A stretch of 19,413 nucleotides of DNA, taken from the IMG/VR virus record IMGVR_UViG_2645727843_000010, one strand, 5' to 3'. The translations under genes were made by a program, and so were the position numbers. The notes beneath the pieces are model-generated. The model searched no databases and was not told where the DNA came from. It saw only the letters and a program-made list of their open reading frames with translations. This document shows positions 7,653 through 16,316 of the stretch, one piece after another. Source of the DNA: a virus (taxonomy: Duplodnaviria > Heunggongvirae > Uroviricota > Caudoviricetes). Numbering within the stretch: the stretch's first letter is position 1; every line of letters begins with the position of its first letter.

Positions 7653-8414
7653 ATGTTTGCTTTATTAATTATTCCATTACTTGTGAGTGGTTATATTGTA
7701 TTAACCACTCATCCTTATCATTTCTATAGATTACACCGTTATGATGGGCAGTTGTTATATATGAAGTCAGCCGCCTTTGGTCTGTGGTGTTTTATATGGA
7801 CATTGATTATAGCTTACTTAATAAAATGGATATGTCCGAGCTTCCATCCTGTCACGATGGTTCGGGAACAATTAGATCTCAAACTTAGTGACAATGGTAC
7901 TGAAAGAATCATAGGATGGATGATTTTACTTTCATGTGGAACGATATTTTTGGCTTGGATATGGAGTGTCGGTGCTAGATATTTGGTTATATATAGAGCT
8001 AAAATTATAAATTATATCCAAGGGGTAAAGGCTGCCAATATTGATTATGAGAATCTTGTCATGCTAAGGATGAGGCAAGAGCTTATTAATGATAATCCAA
8101 TGGATGAAATATTTTTTGATTCGTTAGTTGATAGACGTTCAATACTTATTACGTTGCAAAATAAAAAGACATATGTAGGAATTGTTAACGCATTAGGTGA
8201 GCCTAACGAGAAAGAAGGACCTAACCAGTATGTTTCAATCTATCCTATTATCTCTGGGTATAGAGATAAGGATTCATTGAAAGTAATCTTGGTGAATGAA
8301 TATAGAGAGCTTGAGGATGCTGATACTAGTATCATCTTTCCACTAAAAGAAATTTCGCAAGTTTCTTGGTTTGATATGGATATTCATAAAATAGTTGAAA
8401 ATAATAAGGTGTAG
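7653..8414 (+). CDS. Hypothetical membrane protein, 253 aa: three predicted N-terminal TM helices plus a ~145-aa soluble C-terminal domain
   Basis: ATG at 7653. Hydrophobic segments at about residues 1-19, 41-63 and 87-109. AT-rich codon usage unlike the phage backbone. No family recognised. Confidence 0.75.
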   Translation: MFALLIIPLLVSGYIVLTTHPYHFYRLHRYDGQLLYMKSAAFGLWCFIWTLIIAYLIKWICPSFHPVTMVREQLDLKLSDNGTERIIGWMILLSCGTIFLAWIWSVGARYLVIYRAKIINYIQGVKAANIDYENLVMLRMRQELINDNPMDEIFFDSLVDRRSILITLQNKKTYVGIVNALGEPNEKEGPNQYVSIYPIISGYRDKDSLKVILVNEYRELEDADTSIIFPLKEISQVSWFDMDIHKIVENNKV

Positions 8415-8417
8415 TAA

Positions 8418-8442
8418 ATGGTCACCTATAAAAGGTGACCAT
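8418..8442. terminator. Bidirectional hairpin between convergent cassettes (atggtcacct-ataaa-aggtgaccat)
   Basis: Perfect 10-bp stem with 5-nt loop, between the stop at 8414 (+) and the stop at 8448 (-); T/A-rich flanks on both sides. Confidence 0.6.
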
Positions 8443-8447
8443 AATGC

Positions 8448-10712
8448 TTATTTTTGACGAATCCTGATTTTTGGTTGTTCACGAACAACAATATCAGTTT
8501 CTTTCCAACCAAGATTATTTATTTCAACCTCGGCTTCGTTGTAGACTGTAGTAGAATTGGCAAGAGATCTTAACGTAATAGCCAATACAGCACGTTGAGG
8601 TGAAGATAGAGGCTCTTGCTCTGCTCGTCTCTGAACATCAAGTTTAAGTCTCCATTGCTCCCCATTTATACCTTGCGGAAATTGTTTTCTATAAACTTTG
8701 ACTGGAGACCATTTGAAGCCATTTTCTATCAGTACCTTTTCAAATAATTCACTCTTTTCTTTTATTTGTGGAATTTTTCCGCTATGTATCCATTTAGCGT
8801 TAACTGGATCATAAGTGTAAGTCCCGAATGACACATCCACATTAGAACGGCAATATTCAGATGGGTAGTCATAATCAAGCGGTGGAGAATAAACGAGTGT
8901 CATAATAATTTCACCTGTGAATTTTCCATCCTCAGTACGTAATGACTGTGGTATTACAAATGGCGTTCTACTGAATTCAATACCTTCTCGGGTATCTATT
9001 TCAAATAGAAATGTAATCTCATTTTTATTGCAACCAATAATATCATTTATATGATCGCTTGGGCGTCCAAATCCTTGATAATTAAACGCATAATGCTCCG
9101 TTTTGGCTGGTGAGTTTTTTAACGCAGAATGAATTAATAGTGCCTTGATACGTTCAGGCGATGGTGAAATAGAACCATTAACATCTAGTTCATGCCACAG
9201 TGATGCCGCTAAACTTGAGATTAACGGTGCTGATAAACTTGTGCCAATACTTTCGCAAAGAGCATTGTCCTCGCCAATAGCTATGATTCCGGTATGTTCA
9301 CAGTTTAATTTACTGTCACAATTACCTCCAAAGTGATTTATCTCTGGTTTGGGTATAAAGGCTGGGCCGGGACCTCTTCTAGAAAAAGATGAAGGTTCAA
9401 ATCTTTTGACCACAGAGTCAGACGATTCTAAATGGGCAACTGAGCCAACAGTTAATGAACGAACAGAATCTGCGGGGGCTGATATTCTGTCATGCCCACC
9501 TAATTCTTGAGGAGGCCAGGTTCGTTGAGGATCATAAATGTAGTTGCCGGATGCTACGACGAAAAGACAATCATGCTCATCATGAAGTGCATTTAAAAAA
9601 TGCCCCAATTCAGAGAAGCTGTCTTCAGAACATGGGGATTGACAACCTAATGACAGATTCCATACACGTACTTCTGGATAGGTGGTCACAGCCTCTCGGA
9701 TAGCTTTCATTAATTGTGGCAATTTGAGCGTACCATCTTTGGGAAAGGCTGCAACATCAACAATTTCAGCTTGGCATTGAGGAAAACCAGCATAGTTATT
9801 CAACCATCTTCCATTAATTGCTAAACTTGCAACCATGTTCCCATGAGAATAGTCGTGTTCTCCTTTTACTAAATCTAAACTATCCCAAATCCATGGCCTA
9901 AGTATGTTGTTATTGGGATCGACTCCGCTATCTATAATTCCGAGTAGTGGATAATGTTTATCCTCTTGAGGTAAGGGAAAATCATCTAGGTCTAGAGTTT
10001 CAGCAGGAATATATTGCGATACTGTATGAGTAAGACCAAATGTTGGCATAGGTTCTAATTTTCGTATGCCAATAAAACTTGCCAGTTGGGCGATGTTATC
10101 ATTCCCTTTTACTTCATATATACTCAAATCTGAACTGATATCATACTTTTTGGGTTTTTGTATTCCTAGTTCATCTGCAAATTCCATTAATTCTTTGTCG
10201 ATACTGCGGTTAGTTGTTCTATCTTTATGGTCAAAGAGTTTCAGAAGAAAACTATCTGATTTATTTTTATCTATAACATCATGGTTAAGACTAAAAGGTT
10301 CGATCTTTTCAATTACAGCAATATGTACTGTTCCATTATGAGAATTAGTGCTATTTTCAATTTTTTTGCGAAGTTGTGCTAACCCTTTTTCAGTAACACT
10401 TATAAGTAATTCTCCAAAATTATCACTGCCTATTACGGGACATGTATTATCACCTAATAGGCTTGATGGGCGATGTGACTTAGCAAGAGCTTTTTCATGA
10501 AGAGTAACTCTAGCCACCGCCGGTATATTGGGCCATTTTTTAAATGAGCTCTGGAAAAAATTTTTAACGTCATCGACTTCTTGTTTGAGTCTATTTTTTA
10601 GACTAGTTGTTACTGTTCGGATAGGTTGTTTCTTTCCGAAATTATATGTTTTTTCAGTAAAATCTTGAGGTGTCGCCTCAATTATTTTTATTGGTCTTTC
10701 TTTGTTACTCAT
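8448..10712 (-). CDS. Subtilisin-like serine protease (peptidase S8), 754 aa; IetS-like
   Basis: Catalytic motifs in canonical order: Asp (GIIDSGVD), His (YSHGNMVASLA), oxyanion Asn (VVASGN), Ser (GTSLSAPLISS). ATG overlaps the upstream ATPase stop (ATGA). Confidence 0.9.
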   Translation of the reverse strand: MSNKERPIKIIEATPQDFTEKTYNFGKKQPIRTVTTSLKNRLKQEVDDVKNFFQSSFKKWPNIPAVARVTLHEKALAKSHRPSSLLGDNTCPVIGSDNFGELLISVTEKGLAQLRKKIENSTNSHNGTVHIAVIEKIEPFSLNHDVIDKNKSDSFLLKLFDHKDRTTNRSIDKELMEFADELGIQKPKKYDISSDLSIYEVKGNDNIAQLASFIGIRKLEPMPTFGLTHTVSQYIPAETLDLDDFPLPQEDKHYPLLGIIDSGVDPNNNILRPWIWDSLDLVKGEHDYSHGNMVASLAINGRWLNNYAGFPQCQAEIVDVAAFPKDGTLKLPQLMKAIREAVTTYPEVRVWNLSLGCQSPCSEDSFSELGHFLNALHDEHDCLFVVASGNYIYDPQRTWPPQELGGHDRISAPADSVRSLTVGSVAHLESSDSVVKRFEPSSFSRRGPGPAFIPKPEINHFGGNCDSKLNCEHTGIIAIGEDNALCESIGTSLSAPLISSLAASLWHELDVNGSISPSPERIKALLIHSALKNSPAKTEHYAFNYQGFGRPSDHINDIIGCNKNEITFLFEIDTREGIEFSRTPFVIPQSLRTEDGKFTGEIIMTLVYSPPLDYDYPSEYCRSNVDVSFGTYTYDPVNAKWIHSGKIPQIKEKSELFEKVLIENGFKWSPVKVYRKQFPQGINGEQWRLKLDVQRRAEQEPLSSPQRAVLAITLRSLANSTTVYNEAEVEINNLGWKETDIVVREQPKIRIRQK

Positions 10713-11872
10713 AATATCTCTCTATAATTCTTAGTTAGCCTTGACACTTTAGCATTTGAAAGCCCTAGTATTTTTGCTATCTTTCGTATTGTAAATCTTT
10801 TGGGATTGTATTCTCTGAGAGTGGTCACAATCTTTATAAGTAAATTATCTTCTTCATCAAATGTAACTCCCTTCGCTTCTAAGATAGCCTCGACTAAAAA
10901 TCGGGTATCGATTTGTTTATTATTGTAAACCAGAGCATGTCGCTCAGATCTTAAGCAGCATTGTTCTATAAATGAGCAGTTTAGCCCTGATGATATTTCC
11001 GCAAGGTCATCAACAAAATCGTCATATGTAGCTTTTATGTTTGAATATTGTTCAAATAGTTGTTTTCTGACTTCAAAATCAGGCAATCCAATAGATATTC
11101 TATACTCAAAGCGCCTCCAAACTGCGCTATCTAGAAGATTTTCATGATTACTTGCAGCAATCAATATTGTTTCTTCAGGTAGATTGTCAATATTTTGCAA
11201 TAAAGAAACCACCACCCTCTTCAGTTCACCTAACTCATGCTGATCATCTCTAGCCTTTGCTAGAGAATCTAGTTCATCTAGAAATAAAACACATGGTGCT
11301 TTACTTGCATACTCAAATAGCTGCCTGATATTTTTAGAAGTAGACCCCAGATATGATGAGACTAAGGAGTCACATCTTGCAGTAAGAAGCGGTAAATTTA
11401 GACAGGATGCAATATATTTTGATGTCAAGGTTTTACCACAACCTGGTGGCCCATATAAAATCATAGAGGATGTCACGCCAAGACCGGCATCCTTTAATTC
11501 TTTAGCTCGTTCAGTGAAAGTCAAAAATTCTTTAATTTTTTTCAGAGTGCTATCTTTCAACAATGGGAGTTGAATTTCAGAAGACGGTTGAGTTACGTCT
11601 GCTAAATCAAATTTAGTTTCTTTATCTACAGGTAATGTATCAAGACGTTCAAAAATAGGTGATGTACTGCGTGATACTTTCTGCAAGTTAAACGTGTTTT
11701 TATCTTGAATACTACCTCTAATGGCTGAAGCAAGCTCAGGCAGCCCCATAGAATCATAGGAACGCGCGAGTTTCGAAGCCTGCCGAACAAAAGCAACTTT
11801 ATCCCCTTTGAGTCCAAGACTGATAAGCTGCGAAAGTATCTCGTTTGTGGTCATTTGTGATACAAACCTCAT
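10709..11872 (-). CDS. Classical AAA+ ATPase, 387 aa; IetA-like
   Basis: Walker A (GPPGCGKT), Walker B (VLFLDELD), sensor-1 Asn (IAASN), arginine fingers (AVWRRF). No strong Shine-Dalgarno seen, so the start is less certain (alternative Met 6 codons in). Confidence 0.88.
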   Translation of the reverse strand: MRFVSQMTTNEILSQLISLGLKGDKVAFVRQASKLARSYDSMGLPELASAIRGSIQDKNTFNLQKVSRSTSPIFERLDTLPVDKETKFDLADVTQPSSEIQLPLLKDSTLKKIKEFLTFTERAKELKDAGLGVTSSMILYGPPGCGKTLTSKYIASCLNLPLLTARCDSLVSSYLGSTSKNIRQLFEYASKAPCVLFLDELDSLAKARDDQHELGELKRVVVSLLQNIDNLPEETILIAASNHENLLDSAVWRRFEYRISIGLPDFEVRKQLFEQYSNIKATYDDFVDDLAEISSGLNCSFIEQCCLRSERHALVYNNKQIDTRFLVEAILEAKGVTFDEEDNLLIKIVTTLREYNPKRFTIRKIAKILGLSNAKVSRLTKNYREIL

Positions 11873-12113
11873 TAATCTGTTGTCTAAATGGCTTATAGGT
11901 GAGACAAATTTCTATTTTAATGTAGTTTATATGTATTTTGGTGAAACGAACACTATGTTTTACATAAATCTTTCAGGTTTGGAGTTCTTGGAGGGCATAG
12001 AGTTGCATCAATTTGCATTCTAATTAGACTTTTTTATTGCTATCGTATTCTACATGTGACTAGGTCTGCCCTTCCTGATGCGTTTGCATTAAAACCTCCC
12101 CATGAAGCGGGCG

Positions 12114-12132
12114 GGCGAGGCGGGGAAAGCAC
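12114..12132. other. Putative cos cohesive-end sequence ggcgaggcggggaaagcac
   Basis: Matches the P2 19-nt cohesive end as I recall it. Sits in a GC-rich block just downstream of Q, where P2 has cos. Confidence 0.55.
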
Positions 12133-12274
12133 TGCGCGCTGGCGGTGGTGCGGATTTTATTTTTTCAGCGTCTGAGCGCGTCGTGACGGCGCTTAGTCTG
12201 CCCGTTGAGGCGTTGGTGTGTCTGCGGGGTGTTTTGTGCGGTGGTGAGCGTGTGAGGGGGTGATGACGGGGTGT

Positions 12275-12296
12275 AAAAAAGCCGCCCGCAGGCGGC
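12275..12296 (-). terminator. Rho-independent terminator after Q (GCCGCC-TGCG-GGCGGC then T6 on the minus strand)
   Basis: GC stem plus a U-tract immediately 3' of the Q stop. Confidence 0.7.
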
Positions 12297-12301
12297 GATG
12301 T

Positions 12302-13336
12302 TCAGCCGTTGTCAGTGTCCAGTGAGTAGTTTTTAAATCGGATGACCTCCTGACCGAGCCAGCCGTTTATCTCGCGGATCCTGTCCTGTAACGGGATAAG
12401 CTCATTGCGGACAAAGACCTTTGCCACTTTCTCAATATCACCCAGCGACCCGACGTTCTCCGGCTTGCCCCCCATCAACTGAAAGGGGATGCGATGCGCG
12501 TCCAGCAGGTCAGCGGCGCTGGCTTTTTTGATATTAAAAAAATCGTCCTTCGTTGCCACTTCACTGAGCGGGATAATTTTAATGCCGTCGGCTTTCCCCT
12601 GTGGGGCATAGAGAAACAGATTTTTAAAGTTATTGCGGCCTTTCGACTTAACCATGTTTTCGCGAAGCATTTCGATATCGTTGCGATCCTGCACGGCATC
12701 GGTGACGTACATGATGTATCCGGCATGAGCGCCGTTTTCGTAATACTTGCGGCGGAACAGCGTGGCCGACTCATTCAGCCAGGCAGAGTTAAGGGCGCTG
12801 AGATATTCCGGCAGGCCGTACAGCTCCTGATTAATATCCGGCTCCAGCAGGTGAAACACGGAGCCGGGCGCGAAAGGTGTCGGCTCATGGAAGGACGGCA
12901 CCCACCAGTAAACATCCTCTTCCACGCCACGGCGGGTATATTTTGCCGGTGAGGTTTCCAGTCTGATGACCTTACCGGTGGTGCTGTAACGCTTTTCCAG
13001 AAACGCATTACCGAACACCAGAAAATCCAGCACAAAGCGGCTGAAATCCTGCTGAGAAAGCCACGGGTGCGGGATAAACGTTGAAGCCAGAATATTGCGT
13101 TTGACGTAAATCGGTGAGCTGTGATGCACGGCAGCACGCAGGCTTTTTGCCAGACCGGTAAAGCTGACCGGTGGCTCATACCATCTGCCGTTACTGATGC
13201 ACTCGACATAATCCAGAATGTCACGGCGGTCGAGTACCGGCACCGGCTCACCAAAGGTGAATGCCTCCATTTTCGGGGCGCTGGCGGTCATTTTTTTTGC
13301 CGCAGGTTGCGGTGTTTTCCCTTTTTTCTTGCTCAT
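12302..13336 (-). CDS. Q: Portal vertex protein, 344 aa
   Basis: ATG (cat at 13334-13336). Length equals P2 Q as recalled; strong recognition. Start overlaps the P stop. Confidence 0.95.
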   Translation of the reverse strand: MSKKKGKTPQPAAKKMTASAPKMEAFTFGEPVPVLDRRDILDYVECISNGRWYEPPVSFTGLAKSLRAAVHHSSPIYVKRNILASTFIPHPWLSQQDFSRFVLDFLVFGNAFLEKRYSTTGKVIRLETSPAKYTRRGVEEDVYWWVPSFHEPTPFAPGSVFHLLEPDINQELYGLPEYLSALNSAWLNESATLFRRKYYENGAHAGYIMYVTDAVQDRNDIEMLRENMVKSKGRNNFKNLFLYAPQGKADGIKIIPLSEVATKDDFFNIKKASAADLLDAHRIPFQLMGGKPENVGSLGDIEKVAKVFVRNELIPLQDRIREINGWLGQEVIRFKNYSLDTDNG

Positions 13337-15108
13337 CAGTAAAACTCCAGAATGGTGGATGTCAGCGGGGTGCTGATACCGGCGGTGAGTGGCTCATTTA
13401 ACAGGGCGTGCATGGTCGCCCAGGCGAGGTCGGCGTGGCTGGCTTCCTCGCTGCGGCTGGCCTCATAGGTGGCACTGCGTCCGCTGCTGGTCATGGTCTT
13501 GCGGATAGCCATAAACGAGCTGGTGATGTCGGTGGCGCTGACGTCGTATTCCAGACAGCCACGGCGGATGACGTCTTTTGCCTTGAGCACCATTGCGGTT
13601 TTCATTTCCGGCGTGTAGCGGATGTCGCGCGCGGCGGGATAGAACGAGCGCACGAGCTGGAACACGCCGACACCGAGGCCGGTGGCATCAATACCGATGT
13701 ATTCGACGTTGTATTTTTCGGTGAGTTTGCGGATGGATTCCGCCTGAGTGGCAAAGTCCATGCCTTTCCACTGGTGACGCTCAAGTATTCTGAATTTGCC
13801 ACCGGCCACCACCGGCGGTGCCAGCACCACGCATCCGGCACTGTCGCCACGGTGTGACGGGTCGTAACCAATCCAGACCGGGCGGGAGCCGAACGGATTC
13901 GCGGCAAACGGCGCATAGTCTTCCCATTCTTCCAGCGTGTCGACCATGCAGCGTTGCAGCTCCTCGAACGGGAATACCGACGCCTTGTCGTCAACAAATT
14001 CACACATGAACAGGTTTTTAAAATCGTCGGCGCTGTTTTCACGTTTGAGCTGCTCAATGTCGAACAGCGTGCAGCCACCTTTCAGGGCGTCCTCAATGGT
14101 GACAATCTGCCGCCACTGGCCGTCCGCACAGAGAAGCCCACCGGCAAGGGCGTTATGACTGACGTCGATTTCCACGCGTTCGGCGGCGCTGGCGCGTCCC
14201 CGGTTGAACAGTTCACCTGACCAGAACGGGTAGGCGTCGTGCGCCAGCGTGGACGGGGTGGAGAAATAGGTCGAACGCAGGTGACTCTGTGAGGCCATAC
14301 CTGATGCCACCTTACGCAGTACCTGAAAATTCGGGATCCAGAAAATCTCGTCGACGTACAGGTCGCCGTTATGGCTCTGTGCGGTGTTGGAGTTGGTGCC
14401 GAGAAAAATCAGTTTTGCGCCGTTATTGCCCAGGACAATCGGGTCACCGGTCAGGTCAACGTCAACCAGCCGGGCAAAGGCGATGATGTATTCACGGAAC
14501 ACATACGCCTGCGTTTTACTGGCCGACAGAAAAATCTGGTTATGGCCGGTTTTCAGGGCGCGCAGCAGCGCCTCGCGGGAAAAATAAAACGTTGCGCCAA
14601 TCTGGCGGGATTTCAGGATATCGCGGATGCGGTGCTCAAGCCCGGCGCGATACCAGTGCAACTGATAGTCGAAAGACTGCTCAAAGAAAATCTGCTCCAG
14701 CTTTTCGATGGCCTCGTCACTGAAAAAATTCTTTTTCGGTTTGCGACGCCCGCCTTTGTTGCGGTTAGCGACGTTCGGATTAAGGTCTGCCTCGTTGCCG
14801 GTCTGACTGTAGCGGTTGACCCGTGCCAGTCGTTCAATCTGGCGTCCCAGCAGGTCAATTTCCTTGAAGTCACCGCCGGTTTTCTGCGGTTTGATGATGA
14901 GCTGGGTCAGCCGCGCTTCCAGACTCATTTCGACACGGCTGATGGGGGCAACGCTGTCCCAGCCGTCGCGCTGTTTCCAGCTCTGCACCGTCGGGCGTTT
15001 CATCTGCAACATGGCGGCAATCTGCGGCACGGAAAACCCCTGCCAGTACAGCAGCGCCGCCTGACGACGCGGGTCGTGCAAAAGAGTGGTGTCTGTGGTG
15101 ATGGTCAT
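13336..15108 (-). CDS. P: Terminase large subunit (ATPase/nuclease), 590 aa from the internal ATG
   Basis: The track ORF extends 10 codons upstream; ATG at 15106-15108 (MTITTDTTLLHDPRRQAALLYWQG...) gives the P2 P length as recalled. Confidence 0.92.
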   Translation of the reverse strand: MTITTDTTLLHDPRRQAALLYWQGFSVPQIAAMLQMKRPTVQSWKQRDGWDSVAPISRVEMSLEARLTQLIIKPQKTGGDFKEIDLLGRQIERLARVNRYSQTGNEADLNPNVANRNKGGRRKPKKNFFSDEAIEKLEQIFFEQSFDYQLHWYRAGLEHRIRDILKSRQIGATFYFSREALLRALKTGHNQIFLSASKTQAYVFREYIIAFARLVDVDLTGDPIVLGNNGAKLIFLGTNSNTAQSHNGDLYVDEIFWIPNFQVLRKVASGMASQSHLRSTYFSTPSTLAHDAYPFWSGELFNRGRASAAERVEIDVSHNALAGGLLCADGQWRQIVTIEDALKGGCTLFDIEQLKRENSADDFKNLFMCEFVDDKASVFPFEELQRCMVDTLEEWEDYAPFAANPFGSRPVWIGYDPSHRGDSAGCVVLAPPVVAGGKFRILERHQWKGMDFATQAESIRKLTEKYNVEYIGIDATGLGVGVFQLVRSFYPAARDIRYTPEMKTAMVLKAKDVIRRGCLEYDVSATDITSSFMAIRKTMTSSGRSATYEASRSEEASHADLAWATMHALLNEPLTAGISTPLTSTILEFY

Positions 15109-15281
15109 GAATACCTCGCCGTGATGAATACACGGCAAGGCTACTGAGTCGCGTCCCGCGATTCGCTAAGGTGCTGTTGTGTCAGTGATAAGCCATCCGG
15201 GACTGATGGCGGAGGATGCGCATCGTCGGGAAACTGATGCCGACATGTGACTCCTCTAATCACTATTCAGGACTCCTGACA
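15109..15281. promoter_or_regulatory. Divergent P / O intergenic region; expected site of Ogr-dependent late promoters
   Basis: Position only. I scanned for a TGT-N12-ACA dyad and did not find a clean match. Confidence 0.3.
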
Positions 15282-16316
15282 ATGGCAAAAAAAGTCTCAA
15301 AATTCTTTCGTATCGGCGTTGAAGGTGACACCTGTGACGGGCGTGTCATCAGTGCGCAGGATATTCAGGAAATGGCCGAAACCTTTGACCCGCGTGTCTA
15401 TGGTTGCCGTATTAACCTGGAACATCTGCGCGGCATCCTGCCTGACGGTATTTTTAAGCGTTATGGCGATGTGGCCGAACTGAAGGCCGAAAAGATTGAC
15501 GATGATTCGGCGCTGAAAGGCAAATGGGCGCTGTTTGCGAAAATCACCCCGACCGATGACCTTATCGCGATGAACAAGGCCGCGCAGAAGGTCTACACCT
15601 CAATGGAAATTCAGCCGAACTTTGCCAACACCGGCAAATGTTATCTGGTGGGTCTGGCCGTCACCGATGACCCGGCAAGCCTCGGCACGGAATACCTGGA
15701 ATTCTGCCGCACGGCAAAACACAACCCCCTGAACCGCTTCAAATTAAGCCCTGAAAACCTGATTTCAGTGGCAACGCCTGTTGAGCTGGAATTTGAAGAC
15801 CTGCCTGAAACCGTGTTCACCGCCCTGACCGAAAAGGTGAAGTCCATTTTAGGGATGTTTGTTTTTATGCGCCAGACGCTGCCGCACCAGACCATGCAGC
15901 GTGAATCGGATTATCGCTGGCCGTCAAATTCCCGTATTGGTAAACGGGATGCCTATCAGTTTCTCGGTGTGGGTGAGGAAAACATGACGCTTGCCGGTGT
16001 GCTTTATCCCGAACTGACCGGCGGAAAGCTGACGATGACCACGCTCAGGCTGATGGCAGAGGAAGGCCGGGCGTGGCCGTTGCTGGATGGCACCGGCATG
16101 ATTTACGGCATGTATGTCATCAGCAAGGTGAGTGAAACAGGGAGTATTTTCTTTGCAGACGGCACACCCCGGAAAATTGATTTTACGCTGTCACTCACCC
16201 GCGTTGATGAATCACTGGCCGCGCTTTATGGCGATATCGGTAAACAGGCGGAATCGCTCATCGGTAAGGCTGGCAGTATGGCGACCAAATTCACGGGTAT
16301 GACGGGGGCGGGATAA
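15282..16316 (+). CDS. O: Chimeric ORF, 344 aa: N-terminal 189 aa of capsid scaffold/protease O fused in frame to about 155 aa of tail protein U; deletion junction near 15848
   Basis: ATG at 15282 (MAKKVSKFFRIGVEGDTCDG... is the P2 O N-terminus). After ...TEKVKSI the sequence switches to LGMFVFMRQTLPHQTMQRESDYRWPSNSRIGKRD..., which is P2 gpU-like. The track ORF begins 22 codons upstream without a Shine-Dalgarno. Confidence 0.85.
   Translation: MAKKVSKFFRIGVEGDTCDGRVISAQDIQEMAETFDPRVYGCRINLEHLRGILPDGIFKRYGDVAELKAEKIDDDSALKGKWALFAKITPTDDLIAMNKAAQKVYTSMEIQPNFANTGKCYLVGLAVTDDPASLGTEYLEFCRTAKHNPLNRFKLSPENLISVATPVELEFEDLPETVFTALTEKVKSILGMFVFMRQTLPHQTMQRESDYRWPSNSRIGKRDAYQFLGVGEENMTLAGVLYPELTGGKLTMTTLRLMAEEGRAWPLLDGTGMIYGMYVISKVSETGSIFFADGTPRKIDFTLSLTRVDESLAALYGDIGKQAESLIGKAGSMATKFTGMTGAG

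Noticed and set aside
6900-12060. P2 tin and old genes
   Set aside because: Nothing in the cargo region resembles Old (an ATPase/nuclease of about 590 aa) or Tin; the AAA+ ATPase here has classical AAA motifs and is paired with a protease, so it is a different system.
12475-13342. ORFs of 73-159 aa overlapping the Q portal gene
   Set aside because: Same reasoning: embedded in a well-supported CDS, with no Shine-Dalgarno or independent evidence.
13408-15147. Numerous ORFs of 60-258 aa on both strands inside the P terminase gene
   Set aside because: They are antisense or out-of-frame within a GC-rich, strongly recognised gene. Long stop-free runs in other frames are expected at this GC content.
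15216-15281. 22-codon N-terminal extension of the O::U ORF in the track
   Set aside because: The P2 O N-terminus begins at MAKKVSKFF (ATG 15282); the upstream extension has no Shine-Dalgarno and lies in the promoter region.
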